A DNA stretch of 64,000 bases from Dictyostelium discoideum (lineage: Eukaryota), in NCBI GenBank assembly GCA_000004695.1, contig CM000152.2, positions 6,112,001 to 6,176,000 of the forward strand, in the 5' to 3' direction. Below the pieces are notes generated by a model. It searched no databases, had not been told where the DNA came from, and worked only from the letters and a program-made list of their open reading frames with translations. Shown in pieces: positions 25,310-39,207 of this stretch (position 1 is the stretch's first letter; each line of letters begins with the position of its first letter). Made by a program: the position numbers and the translations under genes.

Positions 25310-25873
25310 TTTATTATTACACCATTCAGTAATACAATGCCAACAAAATAAATGACCACAAATTGTTGCAGTTGTATGAGTTCTAACTTCTAAACATAAT
25401 GTACACTTTTGTTCCTCTTCCTCTTCTTGATTATTATTTTGATCTTGATTATTATTATTTATAACACTATCAACTTGTTCAATTTTAATATCTTTATTTA
25501 AATCTTGATTATCTTCTTCACCATCACCATTACAACCACCATCTTTTTGTTGTTGTTTTAAAAAGAAAGAATTCTCTTTTAAATACATAAATGTTGATAA
25601 TAATATTTGAATAATAATTAATAAACCTAATATATCATATTTTGGTCTCTTTTGGTCAATTTTACGATTGAATATATAACGTATATCTGATAATCTCTTT
25701 GAGAATTCAAAATAAGAACCATTGAAATAGAATAATGCTAAATGTAATCTTTCAAATTTTGGAAATATCTCTTTTAAAATATATAATTTTGGATGACGTT
25801 GAAATAATTTTGGTAATGATTTCTTTATTAAATAAGGTGCTAATAAATGAAAAAAATATAATTTTATTCTATC
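25310..25873 (-). CDS. pex10: Pex10, exon 2 (TM region and first half of the C3HC4 RING)
   Basis: Acceptor tatttag. Encodes '[16 protein letters not shown]', '[27 protein letters not shown]', then '[32 protein letters not shown]' (human '[32 protein letters not shown]'). Donor gtaagt, phase 0. Confidence 0.8.
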
Positions 25874-25877
25874 CTAA

Positions 25878-25977
<100 letters not shown>

Positions 25978-26039
25978 AATAACATGTTATAAATTTTAAT
26001 TCTTTTTTTTAAAAAAAAAAAAATAATAAATATACATAC

Positions 26040-26531
26040 AGGTATTGAAGGTATTGAAAATGTTTTATCTTTAATTTTACGTAAGTTGCAATATTCTTCA
26101 CCTAAAGTTTGAGAACCAATCATTGTTGTTAATAAATAATAAATTGTATTTGCTAATAGTTTAGATTCACTTTGTCTATTCATTATAAATCTTGGTCCTG
26201 TAATACGTGTTAACATTTCAAAACATTGATCTTCAAATAATTTTTTATAATATTCATCTTTTTGTGATGATCTTAATATATCTGGTTGATCTGCATATGA
26301 TGGATATAAATTTGAATTATTTCTATTAATATTATTATTATTATTATTATTATTATTTAAAGGTTGTCTTTGTGTATTATTATTAATATTATTAATACTA
26401 TTATTATTATTATTATTATTATTATTTGTTGGTGGGATTGATCTAATTTGTTGTTCACTTCTACTAGTTGGTGATCTATTTACAATATTATGAACTGGAT
26501 GATGGCTATTTGATTGAGATTGAACATTCGA

Positions 26532-26534
<3 letters not shown>
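26040..26534 (-). CDS. pex10: Peroxisome biogenesis factor 10 (Pex10), exon 1
   Basis: '...YADQPDILRSSQKDEYYKKLFEDQ...ANTIYYLLTTMIGSQTLGEEYCNL' matches Pex10 'AAQPEIIRSNQKDAYF...LTTGRGARTLGEEYV'. Donor gtatgt, phase 0. Confidence 0.75.
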
Positions 26535-26566
<32 letters not shown>

Positions 26567-26623
26567 GAATATATTATATGTATATATATATATATATTGT
26601 GTAATTTTATTTAGATCTCAAAT

Positions 26624-26663
<40 letters not shown>

Positions 26664-27155
26664 TTTTAATTATTACTTTTTCATATCAATACTTTTTTAT
26701 TTAAAATTTTTTTAAAAAAAAAAAAAAATAAAAATAAAAAATTCAAAAAAAAAAAAAAAAAAAAAAAAATTAAAATAAACAATTTTAAATTAAAAAAATA
26801 AAATTGGTGCGTGTGAGCGTGAGATATCCAAATGAAAATGATATTTAATAAATAATTGTTTATTTTTAGAAAAATAAAAAATATCCACTCCAGAAAGGAA
26901 AACGAAAAAAAGAATATTTGAAATTTAACAAATTCCTATATCTATATAATAAAGTTTGTAATTAGATTCATTGAATCTTAAAAAATTTTTTTGTTTTTTT
27001 TTTTTTCAACTTTCTTATGTTTTTCACAATTTTCAAAAAAAAAAAATTTCAAAAAAAAAAAATATTTAAAAAAAAAAAAATATCCATTTATTTTTTATAT
27101 CCACCCGCCACCATAATAATTTATTATTATTATTAATAAGTAATAGAAATAAAAG

Positions 27156-29114
27156 ATGGAACCAATTCCAGATATTTCAAAATTAAATATTAATGATTCT
27201 ACTACCACCACCAACACCACCACCAACACAACACCAAATAAAAAACCACAACAACAAAATTCCAAACAAGCACCAAAAGTTGCATTATTAACAGAAGAAC
27301 AAATTAAAAAATGTTTACCAATTTTAAAATGTGAAGTTAAAGATTGTAATATTCAAATGAATTTAGATCACTTTAATAATGGTTTACCAATTCATATGGT
27401 CATTAATAAGGAAACTAATGATTTCGTTATTGTTAAAGTTGATAATCAAGAATTAGAAGAATATCAATTAATTTATTCAGTACCAAAAATTCAATCATTT
27501 AAAAAGGATATTTTAATTCAACAACAGCAACCACAACAACCACAACAAAAATCAGAATCATCAGCAGGTGCTGATGAGGAGAAAGAGGATACAACTGTAA
27601 CAACTGTAACAACTGTAACAACTGTAACAACAACAACACCAACAATTACTAAATTTAATTCATATTATATTTCAAATAAATGGAATGGTATGAATATTCA
27701 AGTATTTAAATATAATGGGGCAGATGGTAAGGTGTATATTAGTGCAAAACCAAGAGCATCACCATTCATTCAAAATGATTTAAAATCTGGACCAATCATT
27801 GATTTGATTAATGAAATATTTTCAAGAGATCAAATTGAAATTACCACTGAAAATGATGGTAATTACTTTAAGGTTACCACTAATTTTAATACTACCACCA
27901 CAACAACAACAACAACAACAACAAATGATGATGATGGTGCAAATACTAATAAATTAATGGTACCAAAATTAATTGAATCATTATTCTTAAAGAAAGAAAA
28001 AGAAATTCAATCAATTGTTTTCGAATTATGTGGTAGCAAATTACCACATATTGTAAAGTATGATTTTGATATTGATTTGAAACCACTCTTTACAATTTCA
28101 ACTCAAGGTGGTTTAATTAAACCAATCATTGACGACAATAGTAGTAAAGATAATGGACAAATTCAATTTGTACAATATGTAAAAATTAATAATAGTGATA
28201 ATAATAATAATAGTGAAGAAGATAATAAAAAATTAATTGAATTAATTGATGAAATTAAAATTAATTTATTAAAAGAGAATCAAGAATTTAGAAAAGTTAA
28301 TGGATTATCAGAGAATATGATTTGGTTTAATCATTTCTTACAAGAGGGTAGAGTATTGTATTTATTGAATGATCAAGGTACTTTGATTAATCATAGACAA
28401 ATCTATTCAATTAAACCAAAGGATGCAGAGAAATCACATTGGGAGCAATTTGATAATGGTATTCAAACTAAACTTTTAATGACCGTTAAAGAGATGTCAG
28501 AGAAGTCAATTACAATCGATAAGGATACCTTGAGAAAGGAGTTGGATTTAGACCAAGTCTCATGGAACCGTCATGAGAATGATATTTGTTCGTTGGCATT
28601 ACCACCAGTGGTTGCAACACCATTATCGAAATCAAAGTTGGTTATCACTTGTGGTCTACCAGCATGCGGTAAAAGTTATTTCGCTCAAGCAATCTCTGAA
28701 CGTTCTTCTGGTGCTTGGAAACGTATCAATCAAGATGATCTTGGCACTCGTAAGAAATGCGAAGATCTCTTAAAACAGTACTTGAAGGCTGGTCATAATG
28801 TTATCATTGATCGTTGTAATCAAGATATCGGTCAACGTAGAAATTGGATTAAATTAGCAGCATCTTTAGGTGTAGCCCAAGTTCATTTGATTTGGTTCAC
28901 AATTGATCAAACCATTTGTAAAGGTCGTATCGTTGTACGTGAAAATCATCCAACCATTCCAAAAGGTGATGAAGGTATTGCTATCATTGATAAATTCCTC
29001 ACAATGTTTGTACCACCTTCTGAATTTGAAGGTTTCGCTTCATTAACTCAAGTTTCAAGTGAACAAGAATCAAATGATTTAATTGAAAAATATATTTCAA
29101 CTATTGATTCTTAA
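27156..29114 (+). CDS. P-loop polynucleotide-kinase-like (AAA_33/PNK-type kinase) C-terminal domain protein with a long N-terminal region of unknown function, 652 aa
   Basis: Walker A 'VITCGLPACGKSYF', then 'INQDDLGTRKKCEDLL...GHNVIIDRCNQDIGQRRNWIKLAASLGVAQVHLIWFTIDQTICKGRIVVREN', the PNK-kinase fold pattern. The N-terminus has a (TTV)4 'TTVTTVTTVTTVTT' repeat and poly-Thr. Confidence 0.6.
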   Translation: MEPIPDISKLNINDSTTTTNTTTNTTPNKKPQQQNSKQAPKVALLTEEQIKKCLPILKCEVKDCNIQMNLDHFNNGLPIHMVINKETNDFVIVKVDNQELEEYQLIYSVPKIQSFKKDILIQQQQPQQPQQKSESSAGADEEKEDTTVTTVTTVTTVTTTTPTITKFNSYYISNKWNGMNIQVFKYNGADGKVYISAKPRASPFIQNDLKSGPIIDLINEIFSRDQIEITTENDGNYFKVTTNFNTTTTTTTTTTTNDDDGANTNKLMVPKLIESLFLKKEKEIQSIVFELCGSKLPHIVKYDFDIDLKPLFTISTQGGLIKPIIDDNSSKDNGQIQFVQYVKINNSDNNNNSEEDNKKLIELIDEIKINLLKENQEFRKVNGLSENMIWFNHFLQEGRVLYLLNDQGTLINHRQIYSIKPKDAEKSHWEQFDNGIQTKLLMTVKEMSEKSITIDKDTLRKELDLDQVSWNRHENDICSLALPPVVATPLSKSKLVITCGLPACGKSYFAQAISERSSGAWKRINQDDLGTRKKCEDLLKQYLKAGHNVIIDRCNQDIGQRRNWIKLAASLGVAQVHLIWFTIDQTICKGRIVVRENHPTIPKGDEGIAIIDKFLTMFVPPSEFEGFASLTQVSSEQESNDLIEKYISTIDS

Positions 29115-29648
29115 AAAAATAATAATTAAAATTTTGACTGAAAAAAAATAAAATAATAAATAAATAAATTAATTAATTAATTAATAAATAATAATAATAA
29201 TATATTTAGGATTTTAATTTTAAGTTTTTTATTTTTATTTATAAAGTTTACCAAATTTGGTAAAAATTCGTTAAAACTAATTCCAAAAATGTACATTTTC
29301 CCCCATTTCACCAAAATATCTTTTTTATTTTTATTTTTATTTTGAAACATAAAAAACATCTTTTAAAATTATATTCTATTGTTGTTGTTATTGTTGTTGT
29401 TATTATTGTTGGTGCTATTGTTATTATTAGAAAAATTAAAATTAAAATTAAAATTAATTTTTTTTTTTTAATTTGACCAATCCATTCTTTGTTTAAAAAA
29501 CATGTAACGGTTTGGTTACACTTTTTTTTTTTTTTTTTTTTTTTTTTTTATTTTTTTTATTTTTTTTTTTTATTTTTTTTTAATTTTTTTTTTTCAATTT
29601 TTTTTTTTTATTTTTTTTTTTTTATTATTGTGTAGAATATTATTAATA

Positions 29649-29708
<60 letters not shown>

Positions 29709-30707
29709 AATATCTATAAATATCTCATATGTAATTTTATTTGTATATATTAAAAAGAAATATTATAATTCATTAATTAATTTTCAAATTGTAAATTCCA
29801 CACTACAAAAGTTGTCATTTAATTTCGTCAAAAAAAAAAAAAAAAAAACCTCCAAACCATCGATTTTAATTAAAATATTTTTTTTAAAAAAAAACAAAAA
29901 AAAAAATCAAAAGGTAGTGTTTTAAAAAAATTTTTTTTTTTTTTTTTTTTCCCATTGTGCAATATTGATTAAATATTCTTTAAAAAAAAAATTTATAACA
30001 AAAAGTAAAATTATAATTTTTATTTAATTATTATTTATTGTAGAATAAAAAAAAAAAAAAAAAAAAAAACCATTTTTTTTTTTATTTAAATAATTTTTCT
30101 GCATCAAAAATAACAATATATTTATTATTTTTTAATTTTTTTTTTTTTTATTTTTTTTTGCTATGATGAATTATAATTCATCTTTTTTATTAATTCATTT
30201 TTGTATAATAATATTTTTAAAAATATTATTTTTAAATCTTTGAAAAAAAAAATAATTAAAAAAAATAGAAACAATTAAAAAATAATTAAAAAAAATAATA
30301 ATAATAAAAAAAATAAAATAAAAAGGCAATGTGTTTGAAATAGTAGTAGCAAAGTTTATTGTATTAGTTATTGTTAGTATTAAATTTAGAATATAATTAA
30401 CCCAAAAACCACAAAATAAACAAAAAAAGAAAAACCAACCAAAAAAAAAAAAAAAAAAAAAAAAAAAAACAATACTACGGTGAATTTATTAATTTTCCAA
30501 ATCTTAACTTTATTTTCAATTCTTTTAACAATTATTCTTAATTTTTAATTATAATAAAAATAAAAATAAAAATAAATATAAAAATAATAAAAATAAAATA
30601 ATATTGAAATTCCTTTATTAGTATTATTTTTTTACTGTTATTAATTACTAAAAAAAAAAATACATTAAGCGATTGCTATAAAAATATCTCACAACAATAT
30701 AATATAC

Positions 30708-30740
<33 letters not shown>

Positions 30741-30886
30741 TATCTGGTGTTAAAACACCCCCATATTAACTCTCAAGATAGAGTTTCGCTATTTCATTAT
30801 TGGTTAAAATTAAAATATAATTTTATCCACCCGATTACCTCATACCCCACTTCAATATTTTCTTACCATTTTTTTTTATCTATTTA

Positions 30887-30917
<31 letters not shown>

Positions 30918-31948
30918 TATCCATCATGCCAAATTTTAATCATTTATAATACAAACCACAATCCTAATCTTTACCACCACACTAAATTTTCAAACTCTTT
31001 CACACTTAACCACACACTCACTCACTCTCACACACAACTACTAATTTATAAAATTGTTGTACGTATGATTTTTTTTTAACTATTTTAAAGGATATTATAT
31101 GTAGAGTATTGTATTAAATAATTTGGAATTATAATTTTTTAAAACCAACAATAAAAAAAATAAAAAAAAAAAATAAAAAAATAAATAAATAAAAATAATA
31201 AAAAATAATAAAAAATAATAAAAAATAATAAAAAATAATAAAAAAAACCAACAAATAAAATTGGTATCTATTTTGGATAGTATGGGATAAAAATTTTTTA
31301 TTACTATTTTTATTTTATTTTTTATTATTAATCAATAGCCATAACAGTTTTACATCCACAAATTAGCAAAAACAAAAAAACAAAGTAATACTTTTTTTAC
31401 ATTCTCTTATTCCCCAAAGGGTTTTTTTTTTTTTTTTTCTCCCTTTTTATTTTTTTTTGGCTTTTTTTTTTTTTTTTTTTTCTTTTGTTCCATTTTTGGT
31501 TTTTTTTTTTTTTTTTTTTCTTTTTTTTTTTTCTTTTGACCAAATCACATTCCAATCGATAAAGGAAAAAAAAAAAAAGAAAAAAAAATTACCAAAAAAA
31601 AAAAAAAAATAACGAAGTGTGCGAATTCTCTTTTTAAAAACCTTTTTTTTTTTCAAACATTTTTTGCCATACCACTTTAAAACAATCTAAAAAAATTATT
31701 TATCAGATTGTAAAAAATTATTTTTATTTTACATATACTTTTTATTAAATCAAATTTTTTTTTTTTTTTTTTATGATGGTAAATATTTAATTTTTTTTTT
31801 TCCAAACAATTACTGCCATATCATACCATTAAATAATTAATCTAAATTGGCTGAATAAAATAATTTTTTTATTTTTAATTTTTAATTTTTTTTTATTTGT
31901 TTAATTTTTTTATCTACTTGACTTTTTTTTTTTTTTCCATTAAACCAA

Positions 31949-31953
31949 CCCAC

Positions 31954-31989
<36 letters not shown>

Positions 31990-31990
31990 A
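31949..31990. repeat. (CA)n dinucleotide repeat
   Basis: 'cacacacgcacacacacacacacacacacacacaca', intergenic. Confidence 0.85.
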
Positions 31991-32331
31991 CGATAATACT
32001 TATCAACCTATTTAAGATTTTTAATAATATTTCATGTCTTATAAATTTTGAATGATTAATAATCCCATCAAATTTTTTTGTTTTTTTTTTTTTTTTAAAA
32101 AAAAACACAGCAACGAACAATAACTCCTTTTAAAATACTTTGTATATAATAATAATAAGCTTGTGTATCATTTTTATTTTTATTTTTATTTTTATTTTTG
32201 GAGTTTTGTGTTTTGTGGTTTCCTCCAAAATTTCTTTATTTTTAATATAGTTTATTTTAATTATCATTTTATCAAAAGTTTTGTCTTAAAATCGACAGTT
32301 TTATTTATTTATTTATCTATTTATTATTAAT

Positions 32332-32366
<35 letters not shown>

Positions 32367-32449
32367 CTATTATTTGTTTTATTAACTTCAATAACTAATT
32401 TTTTTTATTTTTTTTTATTCTTTTTTATCAAGATCGGAAAATCCAGTGG

Positions 32450-32482
<33 letters not shown>

Positions 32483-32528
32483 AAAAAATAAAATCAAAAA
32501 AAAAAAATAATCGAATCGAATTTACATT

Positions 32529-32640
32529 ATGAATCAAATAAATTATTTGACATCCGAACGAAACTTTTTACCACCAACCGATCGTGATATATTAAACTTA
32601 GGGAATAATAGTAGTAATAGTAATAATAATAGTAGTAGTA

Positions 32641-32703
<63 letters not shown>

Positions 32704-32981
32704 GTAATAGTAATAGTAATAGTAATAATAATAATAATAATAATAGTAATAATAATAATAGTAGTAGCTCACCAGATCACATGTCGCTTCATTCAAATGG
32801 TATGGATATACACCATAATCAACAGAACCATCATTATCAAAATATTCAACATCAACCACATCATTTCCAACAAAACTACGATGAAAGAAGAATAGATTAT
32901 GGAAATAATAATAATAACAATAATACAAATTCAATGAATAATTCTAATAATAATTCTAATAATAATTCTAATAATAATTCA

Positions 32982-33035
<54 letters not shown>

Positions 33036-34082
33036 TCAAATAATAATAATAATTCAAATAACAATAATTTTAATTATAATATTAAACAACAACCACAACA
33101 AACATTACAAAATCAAATTGTAAATATGAACGGTAATATTATTACATCGAATGGAAACCATCATTATCCAACGCCCCATATGCTTTATGCTAGAATGGCG
33201 GAAATAGTGGAGGAACCTTTATATGTAAATGCAAAACAATATAATAGAATTTTAAAAAGACGTGCAGCTCGTGCAAAATTAGAATCTGAAAATAAGTTAC
33301 CAAAAACTAGAAAAGCATATCAACATGAAAGTAGACATCAACATGCAATTAGAAGACAAAGAGGTTGTGGTGGTAGATTCTTAACAAAAGCTGATCAAGC
33401 AAAATTAGATGCTCAAAATGCTGCTAATGCCGCTGCTGCTGCTGCCAATCCAAATGCTAGCTCCACATCTACAACCACTTCAAATATTACCAACAACAAT
33501 AATAATAATAATAACAACAACAACACAAATAATAATAATAATAATAATAACACAAATGTAAATGGTAGTGGTGGTAGTGGTGGTAGTAATAAAATCGCTT
33601 CTTCTGATGATGATATTGAAAATGATGTTGAAAATGATAGTGATAGTGCCAATATTAAAAATAATTCAAATAGTCCAAATCAATCTTCCTCCTCTCCTCC
33701 TCCTTCAAAATCTAAAGTTGTTAAAAAATCAAATACTATAAATAAAAGAAATAATAATATTAATAATAATAATAATAATAATAACAACAATAATAATGAG
33801 AAAACGCAACCAATATCTTCTTCATCTTCTTCTTCTTCACCTTTACTAAATAATGGTCATATACAGGCTCAACAAAATCAATCACCATCCTCTTCACCAT
33901 CTCAAAATCTTCCTCCATTAAATTTTAGTAATAACATTAATAACAATATCAATAATAATGGCAATCCGACAAATTTTAATAATAACAATCCAAATAATAA
34001 TCCAAATAATAATAATAATAATAATCCAAATAATAATAGTTTCCTTCCGCCACTTTCAAATTTTTCAAATAATAGATCCTAG
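32529..34082 (+). CDS. nfyA: CCAAT-binding factor subunit NF-YA (HAP2), 517 aa, single exon
   Basis: The core '[57 protein letters not shown]' is near-identical to the NF-YA subunit-interaction and DNA-binding domains. The rest is poly-Asn/Ser low complexity. Confidence 0.85.
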
Positions 34083-34479
34083 AATTTAAAAATCTATAAA
34101 ATGACATATATAATCCAAAAAAAAAAAAAAAAAAAAAATTCTAAGACATATAAATATGTAAAATAATTAATATATAAATAATACTCATATAGGTGTTATA
34201 CATATAAACAATCTTTATTAATCCCTGTATAAACAAACGAAAAAAGAAAAATAAAAAAAATAAAAAATAAAAAAAAAATACTTCCCCTTATATATATATA
34301 TAGAATTAAATAATAATAAAAAAAAAAAAAATAAAATAAAGTTTTGATGATTTCAATGCTATTAAAAATTTTTTTTAAAAAAAAAAAAAACCCTATTTCT
34401 TTTTTTCGAATGATACTATTTTTTTTTTTTTTTGTTTATTCTTTATTTTTATTTTATTTTATTTTTTTTGATTAATTAA

Positions 34480-34775
34480 TTAATCACTTTCATCAAAAAT
34501 TTCTAAATCCAAAAAAACACCACCCGCAAAGATAAGAGAATCTTCATTTGTAAATACAAGTGTTGAATCGTTAACTGAAGATTCTGCTAAAAATTGAATT
34601 GCAAATTCTAATGATACTGGTGTTTTAAATATTTTTTGTTTACTTGTTGAAATTTTACTAATACTTGTAGTTCCTCTAGTAATAAATGCATATTTAACTT
34701 TAAAATCTTTAATCTTTTCTAAAATATCATTTGGTATTGATTTATATAATGTATCAAAAGTTAATGGACATTTTA
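34480..34775 (-). CDS. POP7/Rpp20-like protein, exon 2 (to stop)
   Basis: Acceptor tattttag. 'IPNDILEKIKDFKVKYAFITRGTTSISKIS...LEFAIQFLAES' resembles Rpp20 'NDIYVNMKTDFKAQLARCQKLL...AINRAINIALQL'. The family assignment is tentative. Confidence 0.4.
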
Positions 34776-34910
34776 CTAAAATAAATATAAAAATAAAAAT
34801 AAAAATAAAAAAATAAGAAAATTTAAAATTTAAAATTTAAATTAATACATTAAAATTATAATAGTTAATAAATTTTTGAAAAAAATAAATGAATAAATAA
34901 ATGATATTTA

Positions 34911-35080
34911 CCATTGTTTTCATTATTATTTATAGTACAATCGCTTTCATTATTTTCATGATTTCCATTTTCATTGCTATTATTATTTATATTATCATCA
35001 ATTGTTGAACCTGTCTCTCCACTTGATGATTCTAAACTAAATCTAATACCATTTGATTTTACTTTCTTTGGTCTTTCCAT
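34911..35080 (-). CDS. RNase P/MRP subunit POP7/Rpp20-like (Alba-fold) protein, exon 1
   Basis: 'MERPKKVKSNGIRFSLESS...'. Donor g|gtaaat, phase 1. Confidence 0.4.
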
Positions 35081-35704
35081 GTCGTTCTAATTTTTTTATT
35101 TTTTTTTATTTATATATTTAAATTTGTTTTTTTTTTTTTTAATATTTATTTATTGATAAATATGCGTTGATTTTATGTTACAATTAATATTTGTTGTGTG
35201 TGTTTTTTTTTTTTTTTTTGAGTTGTTTTTGAAAATAAAAATACAATTGAGATTTATGTGGTCAGAGGTTTATTATTATTATTATTATTTTTTTTTTTTT
35301 TTTTTATTTTTATTATTATTTCGCAAAGATTTTAATTTATTTTTTATTTTTTTATTTTTTTATTTTTTTATTTTTAATAATTTTTTTATTTTTTTTATTT
35401 GAAATTAATTGATATGTTGGTATTTATAACGTATGATGATGGGGGTTGTGAATTTGTTCGTGTGGTTAGAGTTGCTATTAATAAAATTGCTATTGAAAAA
35501 AAAAAAAAAAAAAATGAAAAAAAAAAAAAAAAAAAAATTGAAAAAAAATAAAAATAAAAAAAAAAAATAAAAATAAAAAAAAAAAATCGAGGGCTGGAAA
35601 TTCAAAGAAAATAGAGACCAGGTCAAACAAAGATTTTTTTTTTTTTTTTTTTTGTAGTAAGAAATTATTTAATATTTTTTTAGTTTTTTTTTTTTTTTAA
35701 AGAC

Positions 35705-38679
35705 TTATTTTTTAGATTTTCTAAATGTTCTATACACAAAGATTTTGAAACGAAGGGATTTGGACAAGGCAATTTTTAAAATAATAATTGCAGAAATAAA
35801 AAATACAACAGAACCAACGATAATACCAGCTAATTGACCTTTAGTTAAAGATGATTCGGATGATGAGCAAATTGAATTTGGAGAATTAGAATTTACAGCT
35901 TGGTTATCTAATAAAAGTGAAAAATCAGGATCTATAGTTACAGAGGTTTCATATTGACCAACCACAATACCAATATACGATTGCACATTATTTTCATTTG
36001 ATATTGAATTTAATTTTGAATCTAATAATTCATTTGTGATTGTTACTATTTTCCCATCAACAATACCACGTTTTAAAAATCTACCATAAATACTATTACT
36101 TGAAACTTGAAGTTTAATATAATTTGAATTATCTAATGTTGTATCACCAAATTCTTTACCTGAACAAATATCATTTTCATTTGATTGAATTTGAGCTTCA
36201 ATTATAACTTGTAAATTATTTAATTTATTTGAGAATTTATATGATGATAATTCTACTGTATATTTAATTGTTGATGGATTCATTATTAATTCTTGATTTG
36301 CAAATGTAATATTACTTTTTTTTTCAAACCATTCTAATGTTACATTAATTGTTGTTGTTATGTTATTATTAATAATTGTTGATTGATAATTTAATATTGT
36401 TGATGAAATACTATTATAATACCATTTATCAATATAATGAATTTTAACTTGTTCACCATTGATTGAATTTACTTCTCTAATTGCTATAATTGATATATTA
36501 CTTTTAACTTGATAATTATTATTAACATTACTAGAATTATTATTGCTATTATCAATAACTGTAGTCAGTTTATCTTCTTTGGTTTTGGTTGTGGTATAAT
36601 TATAACTTTTGAGCTACAATCTAAACCAACATAAGGAGAATAACAAATACCACCTACATTTTCTTTACAATAACCTTGTTCCGAACTACTACATACTGGA
36701 TTACCTAAACAAATTTGAGGTTTATTAGTTGGTGTTGGTGTTGATGGGGTTGGAGTTGGAGTTGGAGTTGGGGTTGGGGTTGAAAATTGAAAATTATAAA
36801 TGGTTGGAGTAATTGTAAAATTATTAGAACTTTCAAGTTTAATTGTGTTATAAACTTCAATATTATTTTTAATAATAATTTCATTAGTATTGGTAACCCA
36901 AATTGAACAATATCATAAACAATTTCAAAAGCACCTTCTATAATTGACCCTGATATTAATTTATCAGAATAATATTGATTAAATCTTTGATCATCATTTG
37001 TTGGTATTTGAATAAATCATACCATATTTATCAAACTTGAAATCTAAGAAAAAACTTAAATTCTGTTAGAAAGATAACTTTAGAATCTATTATTTGTGGA
37101 ATTGATAATTCAATATTTGAATTTAATGCTGTGACAGATATATCTAAACCAACAGAACCTTCTGTTTTACATATATAACTATAATTTTTTTGAAGTTAAA
37201 CCAGATACTGGTACTGATATTCCTAATACATAATTTGGGTTACTACCTCTTAGAAATCCATATGGGAATGATTTAAACTATATTTCTGATTTCCATTATA
37301 GAATTGATTATATTCATGATTATATGGTGCTACTCCTACAGTATCCTCTATACTAAACATATTCATTATATCAATTTCAATTGGAACATTATAAAAACTT
37401 GAACTTGGAATTGGTGATCCTCCAATCACTATACAAATATAACTATTAATTTAAATGATTCATTTTATGTAATACATATATATATATATTAATAATACAT
37501 ACATTTTAAATTTGTTTTAAAATCAAAACTTTCAAATGTTGAATCTTCTTTTCTTCTTAAGAGTGTATCATTTCTTTTTTCAGAATTAGGTTGGACAAAA
37601 CAAATATAAGTCATTTTACCTAAATTACCATAAATCGGTTTTGAAATAGAGTAATAATAAATTCCTTGATTTAAAATTACTACTGGGTATACAACTCTTT
37701 GTAATAATGAACTTGATTGGAATGTTATAATAGTTCCTAAAAATTCGCCCTCAACTGAAGCACTTCCCAATGGATTTTGTTTTAAATTTAAAATTTCATG
37801 TGAATTTGTATTTCTACCAATATATTCCAAATATAAATATAAGCAAACAAAAAAATAAATAATAAATATGTAAATATAAATTCTTTTTTTTTTATTATTA
37901 TTATTTATTGTAATTTTATAAAATACTTACTTGTTGTATTGTATGGTACTAAAATTGTTAAATTTTTATTATTTGAAAAATTTAATTCTGTTTCCCAAAT
38001 TGAAAAGTTTGATGTTTTCAAAATATAATACTTTTCTGTATACTTTATACGAAACATACTTTGACCAAGTGATGTTATTTTAAATAAAGTAGAATCATAG
38101 AATTCACTGATACTAATAGAATCAGGAAAATCTTCTAATTTAAAGATTGATGAAAATTTTAATATTGAACTCCATGTCACATCTTGAATAATGATATATG
38201 AATTTACTTGAAAACCTATACAACAATTAATAAATAAAAAAATGAAAAATGTTACAAAAAATGAAAAGTGTTACAAAAAATAAAAAATGAATAATAAATA
38301 GTAAAAATAATAATTTAATTGATATTTAATATTTACCTTTACATTTAAAATCAATTGTTAAATTATCTTTTAATATATCATTATTTACAGAAAAGTTTAT
38401 TTGATTAGTCCCAACATAAACGTAACTTGTACAAGTAAATAAAGTTGCAGTATTATTTTGACTGGAAATAGAACAACCAATTCCAGAATTCAAATTATTA
38501 ATTGGTTCCGTTGAATTTGTAGCAAGAACAATAAAAACTGTATAGCAAATATTAGTTTTTGTTGTATAGAATTTATGGGTTTCACTTAAATCAAAAAGGG
38601 TGAACTCTTTTCCATTTACAAAAATAATTAAAAAAATTATTACAAAAAAAAAAATAGAAAATATTTTATTTTTAATCAT
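35705..38679 (-). pseudogene. Copy A of the EGF-like type-I membrane glycoprotein family: intact 5' exons, heavily deleted middle, intact 3' TM segment
   Basis: The signal-peptide exon ORF at 38326-38679 is 'MIKNKIFSIFFFVIIFLIIFVNG...'. Exons at 37905-38180 and 37489-37830 are homologous to the long copy at 48.6-53.3 kb (call it F). The 36600-37450 stretch is a collapsed, stop-ridden remnant of F 49700-50900. The 3' ORF at 35705-36283 is 'MNPSTIKYTVELSSYKF...IVGSVVFFISAIIILKIALSKSLRFKIFVYRTFRKSKK'. Confidence 0.6.
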
Positions 38680-39207
38680 TTTTATTTTTACTAAAAAATA
38701 AAAATAAAAAAAAAAAAAAATAAAGTTATAATTAATATATTATTAATATTTTTTTTTTTAATCCTTTTTTTAAATAAAAAAAAAAAAAAAAAAAAAAAAT
38801 TATTTTTAACAGATATTTGTTCTTTGAAAATGAGAGGGTTAGCACAAAAAAAAAAAAAATATCTTAAAAAATCGTAAAAAAGTTTTTTATTTTTTTAATA
38901 TTATTGTTATTTAAAATATCAAAACATAAATAAATTGGCCTTTTAAAAAAAATAATGACAATGAAGAGTTTAAACTGATTCTCTCATTTATCTTTTTTTT
39001 TTTTTTTATATTTTTATTCTAGCCTTCAAAAAATCTTCAAAAGCCAATCATTTGAACCTAAATCAAAAAAGGTGGACTCTATTAAATTTACAAAAAATAA
39101 TTAAAAAACCTATTGCAAAAAAAAAAGATAATTTTTTAAATTTGATCTTACTTATAATAAAATATAAATAATAATAATAATAGTTGTTTTTTTATTTTTT
39201 ATTTTTT

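Noticed and set aside
30747-31079. 110-aa plus-strand ORF in the nfyA upstream region
   Set aside because: Low-complexity sequence with a poly-F run from poly-T, no codon-usage signal and no homology recognised.
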